From NCBI GenBank assembly GCA_009836005.1, contig VXWG01000082.1, positions 5,017-69,016 of the forward strand: a DNA stretch of 64,000 bases, given 5' to 3'. This stretch comes from Candidatus Palauibacter irciniicola. Lineage in GTDB: Bacteria > Gemmatimonadota > Gemmatimonadetes > Palauibacterales > Palauibacteraceae. A program made the translations under genes and the position numbers. This document shows, piece after piece, positions 32,078 through 40,916 of the stretch; the first letter of the stretch is position 1, and every line of letters starts with the position of its first letter. Under the pieces are notes generated by a model. It was not told the origin of the DNA. It saw only the letters and a program-made list of their open reading frames with translations, and made no database searches.

Positions 32078-32480
32078 CTTCCATTCCTCTCCGGATGATG
32101 GACTGCACGATCTGCTCGTTGGAAACATCGCGGCGGGCGGCGCTCTCCGCCAGTCGCGGGCCGGACGGCGCCTTGAGGGGCAGGTGCCGGCGCAAGATCC
32201 TGGGCGCGTTGGGCCTTCCGGCGTTGGGGATCTTGCCTTCCCGCACGAGGCGGCCCAGATGGTCCTTCGAGTATCCGCTCTCGTGAGCGGCTTCGACGAG
32301 CGAGAACGTGGTCTCGTCCTGCTCGCGCATCGTGGCTTCGAGGTCGTCGGCGCACCGCTCGATCGCGGTGGCCGGGGTCTCGCCCCCGTAGCGGCGGAGC
32401 GCCTTGGCCTGCTTGCGCCAGTCGGCGGGCAGGCCCTCGACGGACGCGGGCTCGTTCTTCTTTCGGTGCCTGCGGGTCAT
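32058..32480 (-). CDS. Excisionase-like HTH (HTH_17/MerR-type) DNA-binding protein
   Basis: ATG at 32480 overlaps the upstream stop (ATGA), with AGGAG 6 nt upstream. C-terminal FSLVEAAHESGYSKDHLGRLVREGKIP. Overlaps the int start by 20 nt. Confidence 0.5.
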   Translation of the reverse strand: MTRRHRKKNEPASVEGLPADWRKQAKALRRYGGETPATAIERCADDLEATMREQDETTFSLVEAAHESGYSKDHLGRLVREGKIPNAGRPNAPRILRRHLPLKAPSGPRLAESAARRDVSNEQIVQSIIRRGMEDGTHET

Positions 32481-32791
32481 TTCCATTCTCCTTGCCTATC
32501 CTGATGGAGCGCGTCGGCGAGGCCGGGATCGCCCTCGCCGCGCCGCACCGACCGTTCGGCGAGATCCACGCGCCGTCCGAGGTCGGCGAGCCCGGTGGTG
32601 CGGGCAACCGCGTAGATCGTGGCCGCGACCGTGGTGAGGGCGAGCGCGGCGTGCAGCGCGAGCGTGACGCCGTGTTCCGCGAGGATCCTTGGCCAGTGGG
32701 GCGAGAGGTATTCGAGGCGGGCACCGCCGATCAGGAACGCGGATCCGGCGAGTGCGGCGGTGAGTCCCGCGCTGATCTTCCAGGGCTGCAT
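32477..32791 (-). CDS. Small two-TM membrane protein, unknown function
   Basis: ATG at 32791 after GGAGAAACC. Two hydrophobic helices and a charged C-terminal tail. Confidence 0.4.
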   Translation of the reverse strand: MQPWKISAGLTAALAGSAFLIGGARLEYLSPHWPRILAEHGVTLALHAALALTTVAATIYAVARTTGLADLGRRVDLAERSVRRGEGDPGLADALHQDRQGEWK

Positions 32792-32810
32792 CGTGGTTTC
32801 TCCTTTGTCT

Positions 32811-33698
32811 TCAGAGTTCGACTGAGGCGGGATCGCGGTCGGTCGGACCACGGAGCCAGGAGCCGTTGTCGCTGCCGAGGCCCAGCCTGCGGAGAAGCCC
32901 CGCCGCCGCGGGTCCGTTGGCGTGCAGGGCGAACCCGGCGGCGGCCTTGGCGCGGACGGTCGCCTCGCGGTAGCTGCCGGAGACGGCCTCGACGTTGACG
33001 CGGGCGGTCCGGCCGTCCGCGTCCTCGTATTCGATCTGGGCGTCCGGGTAGAGCACCCGGCCTTCTTCGTCGATGGGGAGCCCGAGTTCGCGCGCGATCC
33101 GGTGGCGCTCGGCGTCGGCGGCCCGTTTGCCGCGCTTCCGCGCGCCTTCGCTGGCGCGCGCGATCCTGCTCTTGAGTTCGGTGTCGAGGCGGACGCGCCG
33201 CACGGTGGCGCCCCTTGCTTCGAGCCGCTTCCGCTCGATCCGGCAGGCGCGGTGGATGGCGGTGTCGTGTGCGGCCTCGGCGGGCCGGACGCGGGCGAGC
33301 CGGATCTCCTGCCGGGGATCCATGCCGCGCTCGGCGGCGAGCTTCCGGGCCTCGGCCACGCCCTTGGGGGTGAGCGAGAGAACCTTGAACGGGTTGCCCT
33401 TCGGCCCGGTGGCCGCGTGCTCCTCGACCAGACCGTCCCGGATCCAGGCGTTCACGGCGCGGCGGGTGGTGAACGGGTGGCCGCCGAAGTGTACCTCGGC
33501 CAAGTCGCGGTAGGAGACCGCGCCGTGGACGCCGATGTCGGTCAGCGCCCCGGCGCAGCGGTCGGGGAAGGAGATGGACCCGCCGTCCCGGCCCGCGGCG
33601 TATTCTCGGCGATGGCCGTTCCGCATCCGAGCGCGATGGCTCGCGCGGCTGGGTGGCGCGGCGGAACGGGGGTCCGGTTCGGCCGTGCGGCCGAACAT
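32811..33698 (-). CDS. Replication-relaxation (Replic_Relax-like) winged-helix protein, copy 1
   Basis: ATG at 33698 after GAGGGAGAGAG. YRDLAEVHF...TTRRAVNAWIRDGLVEE looks like a winged helix. HDTAIH and YPDAQIEYED...VNVE segments are recalled from PF13814. Confidence 0.45.
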   Translation of the reverse strand: MFGRTAEPDPRSAAPPSRASHRARMRNGHRREYAAGRDGGSISFPDRCAGALTDIGVHGAVSYRDLAEVHFGGHPFTTRRAVNAWIRDGLVEEHAATGPKGNPFKVLSLTPKGVAEARKLAAERGMDPRQEIRLARVRPAEAAHDTAIHRACRIERKRLEARGATVRRVRLDTELKSRIARASEGARKRGKRAADAERHRIARELGLPIDEEGRVLYPDAQIEYEDADGRTARVNVEAVSGSYREATVRAKAAAGFALHANGPAAAGLLRRLGLGSDNGSWLRGPTDRDPASVEL

Positions 33699-33716
33699 CT
33701 CTCTCCCTCTCACGGA

Positions 33717-34751
33717 TCAGCGGCTCGGCCCGAAGCCGCGCTCGGGGACCGGGATCCTCGGCACGGGGACGACGATCCTCTGCGGTCCCTGCGCGGGCGT
33801 CCGGACGGCCGCCACGGCGACGGGGTCGCGTGCGGCCACGCGCTCGCGGTGCCGGTCGAGCACGAAGTCGGAGATCTTCTGCGCGTCGGCGGCCGCGCGC
33901 CGGATCTCGCGCGGGTCCTCCTCAAGCGCCTGGATCCAGCCCTCGACGTAGGCCGCGCCACGGCTCGGGTCGTGTCCGACCCCGACGCGCTCGCCGGTCA
34001 TCATCGCGCTGATCTCGGCCCTGAGCTCCTCGCGGGCGTACTGGGGCGAGCCGAACCCGCCGTCGATCCCCTCGATGAGCGTCTCGCGGTTCATCCGGTC
34101 CTTGTGCCCGGTGCTGTGGCCCAGCTCGTGGAGCGCGGTCTGGTAGTAGTGGTTCGCCGACGGGAACTGCCCCCGCTCGGGCAGCACGATCTCGTCGCGC
34201 TTCATGTGGTAGTAGGCGCGGTCGCCCTGGACGTGGCGGACCGGGACGCCAACGTCCTCCATGACCCGCTCGGCCTCCTGGTGCACCTTCCAGAGCGGCT
34301 CGGGCGTCGGGTTCGAGCGCTCGGGCAGCCCGTCGGCCTGCTCGGCGTTGAAGACGGTGTACTGGCGCACGAACGGCGCCTTGAGCTTCTCGTAGCGGTA
34401 GACCTTCCTGCCCTCGGCGTCCCTCCTCGGCCGACCCTGCTCGTCGGTCACGGCGATCCGCTTCCTGTCCTGGAAGGAGAGAATGCGCGTGCCGCGCTCG
34501 CCCTTCCTGACCTGTCCGCCGCGCGCCTGGATCTGGCGGTAGGTGCCCCAGCGCACGTCGCCGTAGCCCTGCTCCTGCTGGACGGAGGCGAGGTGCAGGC
34601 TGTTGCCGCCCCGGTAGGAGCGGTCGGTGTCCACGTTCATGGGCATCACGCGCTCGCCCGGCGCCCACGGCTTCTGCCACGGCGCGGTGCCCTGCCGGAT
34701 CTGCTCGATGATCGCATCGGCGAACCTGCGGTGGTATTCGTCGTGGTTCAT
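33717..34751 (-). CDS. ardC: ArdC-like antirestriction protein (ssDNA-binding N-domain plus zincin metalloprotease)
   Basis: APWQKPW and YRGGNSLHL N-domain motifs. HELGHSTGH metalloprotease motif. Confidence 0.8.
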   Translation of the reverse strand: MNHDEYHRRFADAIIEQIRQGTAPWQKPWAPGERVMPMNVDTDRSYRGGNSLHLASVQQEQGYGDVRWGTYRQIQARGGQVRKGERGTRILSFQDRKRIAVTDEQGRPRRDAEGRKVYRYEKLKAPFVRQYTVFNAEQADGLPERSNPTPEPLWKVHQEAERVMEDVGVPVRHVQGDRAYYHMKRDEIVLPERGQFPSANHYYQTALHELGHSTGHKDRMNRETLIEGIDGGFGSPQYAREELRAEISAMMTGERVGVGHDPSRGAAYVEGWIQALEEDPREIRRAAADAQKISDFVLDRHRERVAARDPVAVAAVRTPAQGPQRIVVPVPRIPVPERGFGPSR

Positions 34752-34954
34752 GCGTCCACCTCCTCGCCGCCGGCGCCGTGCGGGTCGTCCCAGGCGGCGA
34801 CGATCTCCTCATCGGTTCCCACGTCCTCGGGGAAGAGGCCGTACTCCTTGGCCAAGTAAGCCTCGACTTCGAGCGTGTCGCCGCTGTCGCGGGCGAGTTC
34901 GCGGTCGAAGTCCTCGAACGTCTCGACGCGGATCGTCGTGTCGTTGCATGTCAT
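34748..34954 (-). CDS. 68-aa hyper-acidic protein, unknown function
   Basis: ATGA overlaps at both ends (with virB11 and ardC). 21 Asp/Glu against 4 Arg/Lys, counted by hand. Confidence 0.45.
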   Translation of the reverse strand: MTCNDTTIRVETFEDFDRELARDSGDTLEVEAYLAKEYGLFPEDVGTDEEIVAAWDDPHGAGGEEVDA

Positions 34955-35958
34955 GCGTGCACCTCCTTCGGTGTGTGGGTCTTTGCTTCTTCGGGTAACT
35001 CGGCGGCCCCGCCCCAAACGGGCGCGGTCGCCCATCGTCCGGCGGCCGCGTCGTAGCCGCGCACTTCTAGCGCCTCCTCGACGAACCGGCGTCCCTCCCG
35101 GCGGGTCGTGTGCAGCACGAGCGCGATCCCGTCCACGACGCCCCGGCAGGTGACTTCCCAGGGCAGCGCGTCCCCCGCCTGCATGGCGCAACTGGCTAGG
35201 CGCGAGAGCGCGGACTTGGCGTTGTTGGCGTGGACGGTCGTGAGCGACCCGCCGTGTCCGGTGTTGAGGGCTTGAAGCAGATCGGCAGCCTCCGCGCCCC
35301 GGACCTCGCCGACGACGATGTGGTCGGGCCGGTGGCGGAGCGCGTGGCGCACCAGGTCGCGGATCGAGACGGGCGTGTCGTGGGTGGCTCCGGCCTCGAA
35401 CCGGAGGCAGTTGGCCCGGTCGATCCTCAGTTCGAGCGTGTCCTCGATGGCGACGATCCGCTCGTCTTCGGGCAGCAGTTCGATCAGCGCGTTGAGGAGC
35501 GTCGTTTTGCCCGATCCGGTGCCGCCGGATACGAGCACGTTGCGGCGGGCGAGCAGCGTCCGGCGGGCGGCTTCGAGGACCGGCTCCGGCAGCGAGCCCA
35601 TGCGCACGAGGTCCTCGGCGGAGAATGCCCTTCCCCCGAACCGGCGTATGGTGATGGCGACCTCGGGCGCGGCGGGCGGCGTGCAGATCGCGACCCGCGA
35701 CCCGTCACCGAGCCGGGCGTCCAGAACCGGCCTCGTAGCCGGATCGAGCCCGAGCGGCCGGGCGATGTGGATCGCCGCGCGGTGGAGCCAGGCGCCGGTG
35801 AGTCCGGGCGCCTCGTGGGGCTCCAGCTTCCCGGCCCGCTCGACCCAGACGTTCGCGGGTCCGTTGATCATGATCTCGGAGACCTCCGGGTCTTCGAGCA
35901 GGGACCCCAGGCCCGGAAGGAACGGGACGAGGTGGCCGACGCCGCTGGCGCGCTTCAT
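34951..35958 (-). CDS. virB11: VirB11/TrbB-family T4SS ATPase
   Basis: ATG at 35958 overlaps the coupling protein stop. EIMINGP, VLVSGGTGSGKTTLLNAL Walker A, IVVGEVRG and TGHGGSLTTVHA. Confidence 0.85.
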   Translation of the reverse strand: MKRASGVGHLVPFLPGLGSLLEDPEVSEIMINGPANVWVERAGKLEPHEAPGLTGAWLHRAAIHIARPLGLDPATRPVLDARLGDGSRVAICTPPAAPEVAITIRRFGGRAFSAEDLVRMGSLPEPVLEAARRTLLARRNVLVSGGTGSGKTTLLNALIELLPEDERIVAIEDTLELRIDRANCLRFEAGATHDTPVSIRDLVRHALRHRPDHIVVGEVRGAEAADLLQALNTGHGGSLTTVHANNAKSALSRLASCAMQAGDALPWEVTCRGVVDGIALVLHTTRREGRRFVEEALEVRGYDAAAGRWATAPVWGGAAELPEEAKTHTPKEVHA

Positions 35959-37988
35959 ATCCGGCCCTCCTCCCGGAGCCTCCAGTAGCCCGTCTCCCTC
36001 GGCAGGTAGTGGGGCTTCAGGTAGACGCGGGTGGCCGGAAGCGACTTCACGCCGTCGTACGGAAGACAGACGGCCTGGTAGTTGGCGAGCAGGGCGAACT
36101 CGCGGGGCGTGAACACCGGCTCGCTCTGGCGGCGGAACGACTTGCTCGCGCCGATGGAGCCGCGCCCGCCCCCGGCCCGGCCCGACAGGAGCGAGAACTC
36201 GGGTCTGCCCGTGGTCTCGGTGAACGTGTACGAGGCCCGCGTCTTCATGACGGAGCCGCACATTTCGGACGCGATCCGTGCGGAAGCCTCGTCGGAGAGC
36301 GACAGGAAGATCCGTGTCCGGAGCGTCTGGACGAGCGTGCGCCACGCCTCGCCCGAGGGGAGCACGGAGCGGAGCGAGGAGAGCGACTGCGTGGCGACGA
36401 TGGGGATGCACCGGCACTGCCGGGTCAGCGCGAACGCCTTCTCGTCGCCCGACGGGTCGTCCTGCCCCACGGTCGCAAAGGCTTGATACTCGTCACAGAT
36501 GAACACGGCGGGCCGCATGTAGCGGTCGGGTCGCCGCGCGGCCTCGGCCGGACGGCGGAGCAGCGCCTGGATCCACGCGTTCTTGAGGAGCACGCCGATG
36601 GCGCGTGCCAGCGCCGGGTTCGCCCCGGCGGGCATGTTGAGGGCCAGCACCTTGCCGCCCTCGATCAACTCGGAGAGCGGCGGCAGCCTACGGCGGAGGC
36701 CCGGCATGGGCGGGACTTCCGGGGACCTCTCCTCCTCGTCGCCGTCCGCCCGCCTGGGCGGGGCATCGTCCTTCGGGGGCGGCGGGCAGAACACGGCGGC
36801 CACGTCCGGCTGGTCGAAGAGCGAGAGGAAGACGCTGATCCCCTCGACGATCGAGGTGCGGAGCTTCGCGTCCAGCGCCGACCAGTCCTTGTCGTACCAC
36901 CGCTCGACGGCCTCGACCCGCTCGCGGAGTTCGCTACCGGCGGCTCCCTCGGGCTCCGTGGCGTAGGCGACCTTCAGTTCGGCGAGCCGCTCGCGGAGCG
37001 CGGGATCGAGCGGGTGGGCCGCCTTCCCCTCCTCCGGCAGCGCCCGCCAGTCCCAGTCTCCGAGCGCCTTGCGGTGCTTCGCGAGGTCCTTCCTCGCGAT
37101 GACGGCGCGAAGCGGGCACACGCGGTCGGCGAGCGCCCTGGCCTCGCCGATCTTTCCGGCCAGGAGGTCGCCGTCCACCGTGCAGCGGTACACGTCCTGG
37201 AGCGTGACCCAGCCCCCGGGCAGGAGCCGGTGGAGTTCCACGATCCACCGCACGAGGTTGGTGTACGCCTGTTGCCAGAAGGGATCCCTGCCCTTGCCGA
37301 AGAGCTGGTTGATGAGGGACGCCACGCCGTAGGCGAGCGAGTAGGAGTCGAGCAGCGGATCGTCGAGCGGGTTCCACCGCCACGAGCCGCCGAGCCCGAT
37401 TTCGAGGTAGTCGTCCGCGCGGTCCGCCTCGCCCAGGATGCTTCGCACCTGATGGCAGAAGTCGCCCTTGACTTCGAGCACGAGCGCCCCCGCGCGGCGC
37501 TTGGAATCGTCCGCCTGCCAGGAGAGAAGCTGGTGGGCGAACGGGTACATGCAGGCCGTCGTCTTGCCGGTGCCGACCGCCCCGACGGCGAGCACGCCGG
37601 TGTAGAGTCCCTTTTCGGGGACGACGAGCCAGGACGGCCGCTCGCTCTCCCGCGCAACGGTCGGGTGGTGCAGTTCGCCGACCACGACCGAGGGCGCTTC
37701 GTCTGCGGGCGAGTTGGGCCAGTCGGGCAGCCTGCCCCGTCTCTTGAACTGGAAGAGCGGCTGGAACCAGACCCGCCAGACCGAGATCGCGAGCGAGCCC
37801 GCGAGCACGACCAGGACGGCGGGCCACGCGTAGTGCCAGAGGCGGAGGACGGCGTACAGGCCCGGATCGTGCCATGCGATCAGGTTGAGGTACGGGTTCG
37901 CGTCCGGCGGCGGGAACGGCGCCTTGAGCGCCCGCGCGCCGACCGCGCCGACGGCGGCTCCGATGACGGCGAGCGTGGCGGACTTCAT
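35955..37988 (-). CDS. virD4: Type IV coupling protein (VirD4/TraG/TraD family)
   Basis: ATG at 37988. N-terminal TM helices, GAVGTGKTTACMYPF Walker A, and VFICDEYQAF Walker B context. Confidence 0.8.
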   Translation of the reverse strand: MKSATLAVIGAAVGAVGARALKAPFPPPDANPYLNLIAWHDPGLYAVLRLWHYAWPAVLVVLAGSLAISVWRVWFQPLFQFKRRGRLPDWPNSPADEAPSVVVGELHHPTVARESERPSWLVVPEKGLYTGVLAVGAVGTGKTTACMYPFAHQLLSWQADDSKRRAGALVLEVKGDFCHQVRSILGEADRADDYLEIGLGGSWRWNPLDDPLLDSYSLAYGVASLINQLFGKGRDPFWQQAYTNLVRWIVELHRLLPGGWVTLQDVYRCTVDGDLLAGKIGEARALADRVCPLRAVIARKDLAKHRKALGDWDWRALPEEGKAAHPLDPALRERLAELKVAYATEPEGAAGSELRERVEAVERWYDKDWSALDAKLRTSIVEGISVFLSLFDQPDVAAVFCPPPPKDDAPPRRADGDEEERSPEVPPMPGLRRRLPPLSELIEGGKVLALNMPAGANPALARAIGVLLKNAWIQALLRRPAEAARRPDRYMRPAVFICDEYQAFATVGQDDPSGDEKAFALTRQCRCIPIVATQSLSSLRSVLPSGEAWRTLVQTLRTRIFLSLSDEASARIASEMCGSVMKTRASYTFTETTGRPEFSLLSGRAGGGRGSIGASKSFRRQSEPVFTPREFALLANYQAVCLPYDGVKSLPATRVYLKPHYLPRETGYWRLREEGRI

Positions 37989-38286
37989 CGGCGCAGCCTC
38001 CTTCCTGAAAGGATCGCTGGCTGGGAGCGACCCCGTGCGGGGCGGAGGGGCGGGGTGTGAATCCACACCTCGGCCCGAACCCGCAACAGGCCCCGTGGGC
38101 CTGGGGTCGCTCCCAGCCCCGCCGAAGCGGCCCGACCGGCGACGCCCGGCCGGGGCGCGGCGGCGCAAGACGTTACGGCGTCTGCGGATGGCCGCCCACG
38201 TCCTTGTGAATCGCCGGACGCCTCGACTGTGAATCCGCCCCCCGTGTCGATTTCACGCCTCGGTGCGGCCCCAACTCGCCTGGCGG
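37989..38286. other. Repeat-rich non-coding gap, candidate oriT or operon-internal promoter
   Basis: 16-bp inverted repeat 38019-38034 / 38103-38118 encloses the GGTGTG-AATC-CACACC hairpin (38054-38069). GTGAATC occurs at 38057, 38206 and 38229, with an inverted GATTTCAC at 38249. Confidence 0.3.
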
Positions 38287-39225
38287 TCATCGGTAGCGGG
38301 CTCCTTGGAGGCGGATCGTCCGCCACGTGGCGGCGCGGCTCACCGATGCGCGCCCAGGTCCACGGCGCGCGCGGTTCTCCAGCGCGACGCTCCGCTTCAT
38401 GGCGGCCTGGAGGCCGCCGAACTCTTCGAGCACGTGGACCGCACCCTCGATGATCGCCCGCTCGATCCGGGCCAGCTCCTCGACCGTCCGGGCGTCCGGC
38501 TCGGCGGGGCCGGACCCCGCCTCGGCCCACCTGCGGATCACCCGCCCGGCCCGGTCGATCTCCTCCATCGTCCGGGCCGCGGCGACGATCTCGACGGCGC
38601 GGCCCTGCTTCCCGAGCGCGTCCCAGAGCCCCCGGTGCGCGGCGCCCCAAGAGCGGAGCGCGGTCGCGGTCTCGTGGCCCGGCTCGGCGTAGACGAACAC
38701 GGCGCGCGTCGAGTCGAGCGCCACGGGCAGCTTGACGGGGAAGAAGCGGCGCGTGTCCCCGGCCGCGCCCCGGTAGAGCCGCGACGGCAGCAGCGCGCGC
38801 CCGATGCCGAGCGCCTCGAACGCGGCGACCTTCTCGGGCTCGGTCGGGAGCCACGGCAGGTCCGCGTGCTCGACCACGTAGTCGAGCGAGAGCAGCCGCC
38901 TGAGCAGCACCTCGTTCGCGGCGGCGCGGCGGTGCCGGACGTGCTCGGCGCCGAGCGCCCGATAGACGCGCCGGGAGTAGATCCGGCACACGCGGCCGAT
39001 GCCCCGGAGGCCGGGGACGGTCTCCTCGGCGGCCAGCCCTTCGGCGATCAGCGCGTGGACGACGCGCCGCACCTGCTCCGGGTGCGCGCCCAGGAACCGC
39101 GCGCACTGCGCGCGGGTGAACACGCCGCTGTGGAGGCACACCAGCGCGATCCACTCGGCCTTCTTCCCCGTCCAGCCGAACGCCTCAAGCACCTTCTCTC
39201 GTCCGTTGAGGTGGTGGAGGGTCAT
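38287..39225 (-). CDS. Winged-helix protein, Replic_Relax-like, copy 2 (function unknown)
   Basis: ATG at 39225 overlaps the virB8 stop (ATGA). N-terminal FTRAQCARFLGAHPEQVRRVVHALIAEGL looks like a winged helix. Embedded between the T4SS genes and the coupling protein. Confidence 0.4.
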   Translation of the reverse strand: MTLHHLNGREKVLEAFGWTGKKAEWIALVCLHSGVFTRAQCARFLGAHPEQVRRVVHALIAEGLAAEETVPGLRGIGRVCRIYSRRVYRALGAEHVRHRRAAANEVLLRRLLSLDYVVEHADLPWLPTEPEKVAAFEALGIGRALLPSRLYRGAAGDTRRFFPVKLPVALDSTRAVFVYAEPGHETATALRSWGAAHRGLWDALGKQGRAVEIVAAARTMEEIDRAGRVIRRWAEAGSGPAEPDARTVEELARIERAIIEGAVHVLEEFGGLQAAMKRSVALENRARRGPGRASVSRAATWRTIRLQGARYR

Positions 39226-39896
39226 CGATCCTCCCCGCCGGTGACGAGCGCCCGGTCGGCCCGCATGTAAATGACGAGGAGACCCATCGGGTTGTGGACG
39301 ACAAGCTCGGGGGGAATCGAGTCCAGGAACTCGAACCGGAGCGAGAGCGACCAGCGTTCGCGCCGCAGCTCCTGCTCGCCCCGCAACTGCACGAGGTCGA
39401 AGTCCGCCGTCGCGCCGTGCGGCGGCTCGGGCGCGGGGTGGATGCGGAGCACGACCTGCTCGACCTCGGTCTCGGTGTCGGCGGTGCCCGCCGCGACGCT
39501 CGCGACCTCCGCGCCGTCCCTCTGGAACGCCGCGTTCGCCAGATCGGTCGAGAGGAACCGGAGGCTCCGCGTCCATTGCTCCTGGGCTGTGGCCCGGCGC
39601 CGCGAGTGGAAATCGTGGACGAACCGGTTCAGGAAGTATTTCGTCGTCGGATCGAGCGGATCCGCTTGGGCCGTTGCGGCCTCGTAGGCCAGCGCCTCGG
39701 CGCGGCCCACCTCGTCCACGCGGACCACGATGGGCTTGGGCGGCTCGGCGCCCGCGATCCTGAGCAGCAGGAAGACGCCAAGCACGATGCTTGCCGAAAG
39801 GAAGATCAGGATCGTCCTAAGCTTCCGGTTGGCCTGGACGGCCTCGCCCCAGATCTCCGCGTATTCGCGGCCCGCGTCACGGTCTCGTTTCATCAT
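39222..39896 (-). CDS. virB8: VirB8/TrbF-like T4SS inner-membrane protein
   Basis: Single N-terminal TM helix (ILIFLSASIVLGVFLLL) followed by a periplasmic domain with KYFLNRFVHDF. Size and position fit. Confidence 0.6.
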   Translation of the reverse strand: MMKRDRDAGREYAEIWGEAVQANRKLRTILIFLSASIVLGVFLLLRIAGAEPPKPIVVRVDEVGRAEALAYEAATAQADPLDPTTKYFLNRFVHDFHSRRRATAQEQWTRSLRFLSTDLANAAFQRDGAEVASVAAGTADTETEVEQVVLRIHPAPEPPHGATADFDLVQLRGEQELRRERWSLSLRFEFLDSIPPELVVHNPMGLLVIYMRADRALVTGGEDR

Positions 39897-39914
39897 CGGC
39901 TTACTCCTCGGAAG

Positions 39915-40904
39915 TCAGACGGGGGGCTTGGCGGGAGCGGCGGCCTTGCTCGCTCCCTGCATGACGAGCGCGACGAACCCGGACCCGGCGGAGCCGGAAC
40001 CGGAGACGAGCATCGAGGCGAGTTCGCCGACCTTGAGCCCGGCCATGAGGCCGGAGACGACGAGCGGCATGAGCACGACGGCCCAGAGCCAGAGCTCGAA
40101 CGGGTCCGCCGTGCCGGTGCCCATCAGGGCATCGGCGTAGGTCGTGATGTAGCCCATGCCGACGCCCATGAAGACCCTGAGCACCGCACCGGCCACGACG
40201 CCGTAGAGCGTGTAGACCATCATGGTCCGGAACCATCCCCAGAACAGGAACGAGAGCGGCTCGAAGAGCAGGAACGCGATGAACACGGGACCGAGCAGGA
40301 TCGCGATGGCGATCGCGACCTGAGCCCAAATCACCTGCGCGTAGGTGACGCAGAAGAGCGCCAGCAGGCAGACCACCAGCGAGGCGCCCATGACGAGCGT
40401 GATGAGCGAGGAGAAGATCACGGTCGCGCCCGAGGTCACGATGGATAGCAGGTTGCCGGTGGACCACGCCGCGCCCAGGTGCGCGGAGTAGGCCTGCACG
40501 AGCGCGGTCATCTCGGTGTAGCCCGCCGACACCACGTCGGAGAGGAACAGGTTCTGGAGCCAGATCCCGCCTCCGGCCACCATGGCCGGGAACGTGAGCC
40601 CGACGCCCGGGATTGGGACGACGTAGTAGTGGAGCAGCGTGCGGGGGATCGCGATCCCGATCACGAGCTTGACGATCTCCCACGGCTGGAACGTGCCGCT
40701 GAACGCGATCTTGAGCCCGGTCCAGGCGACCATCACGGCGGCGAGCCCGCCCCAGAGCTGGAGACCCAGCGCGTGAACGTCGGGCGCGGCTCCGCCTACG
40801 ACGGTGTCGAGCACCACGTCGAGGAAGCTCTTGAAGTCCTGAAGCTGGTCAGCCGGGATCTGGGCCGGGACGTTGGGGTCGATGGACTGCGGGGGCAGTT
40901 GCAT
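39915..40904 (-). CDS. virB6: VirB6/TrbL-like polytopic T4SS membrane protein
   Basis: At least six hydrophobic helices, 329 aa, located between the TrbJ-like and VirB8-like genes. Confidence 0.65.
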   Translation of the reverse strand: MQLPPQSIDPNVPAQIPADQLQDFKSFLDVVLDTVVGGAAPDVHALGLQLWGGLAAVMVAWTGLKIAFSGTFQPWEIVKLVIGIAIPRTLLHYYVVPIPGVGLTFPAMVAGGGIWLQNLFLSDVVSAGYTEMTALVQAYSAHLGAAWSTGNLLSIVTSGATVIFSSLITLVMGASLVVCLLALFCVTYAQVIWAQVAIAIAILLGPVFIAFLLFEPLSFLFWGWFRTMMVYTLYGVVAGAVLRVFMGVGMGYITTYADALMGTGTADPFELWLWAVVLMPLVVSGLMAGLKVGELASMLVSGSGSAGSGFVALVMQGASKAAAPAKPPV

Positions 40905-40916
40905 GGCCGTGCGCCC

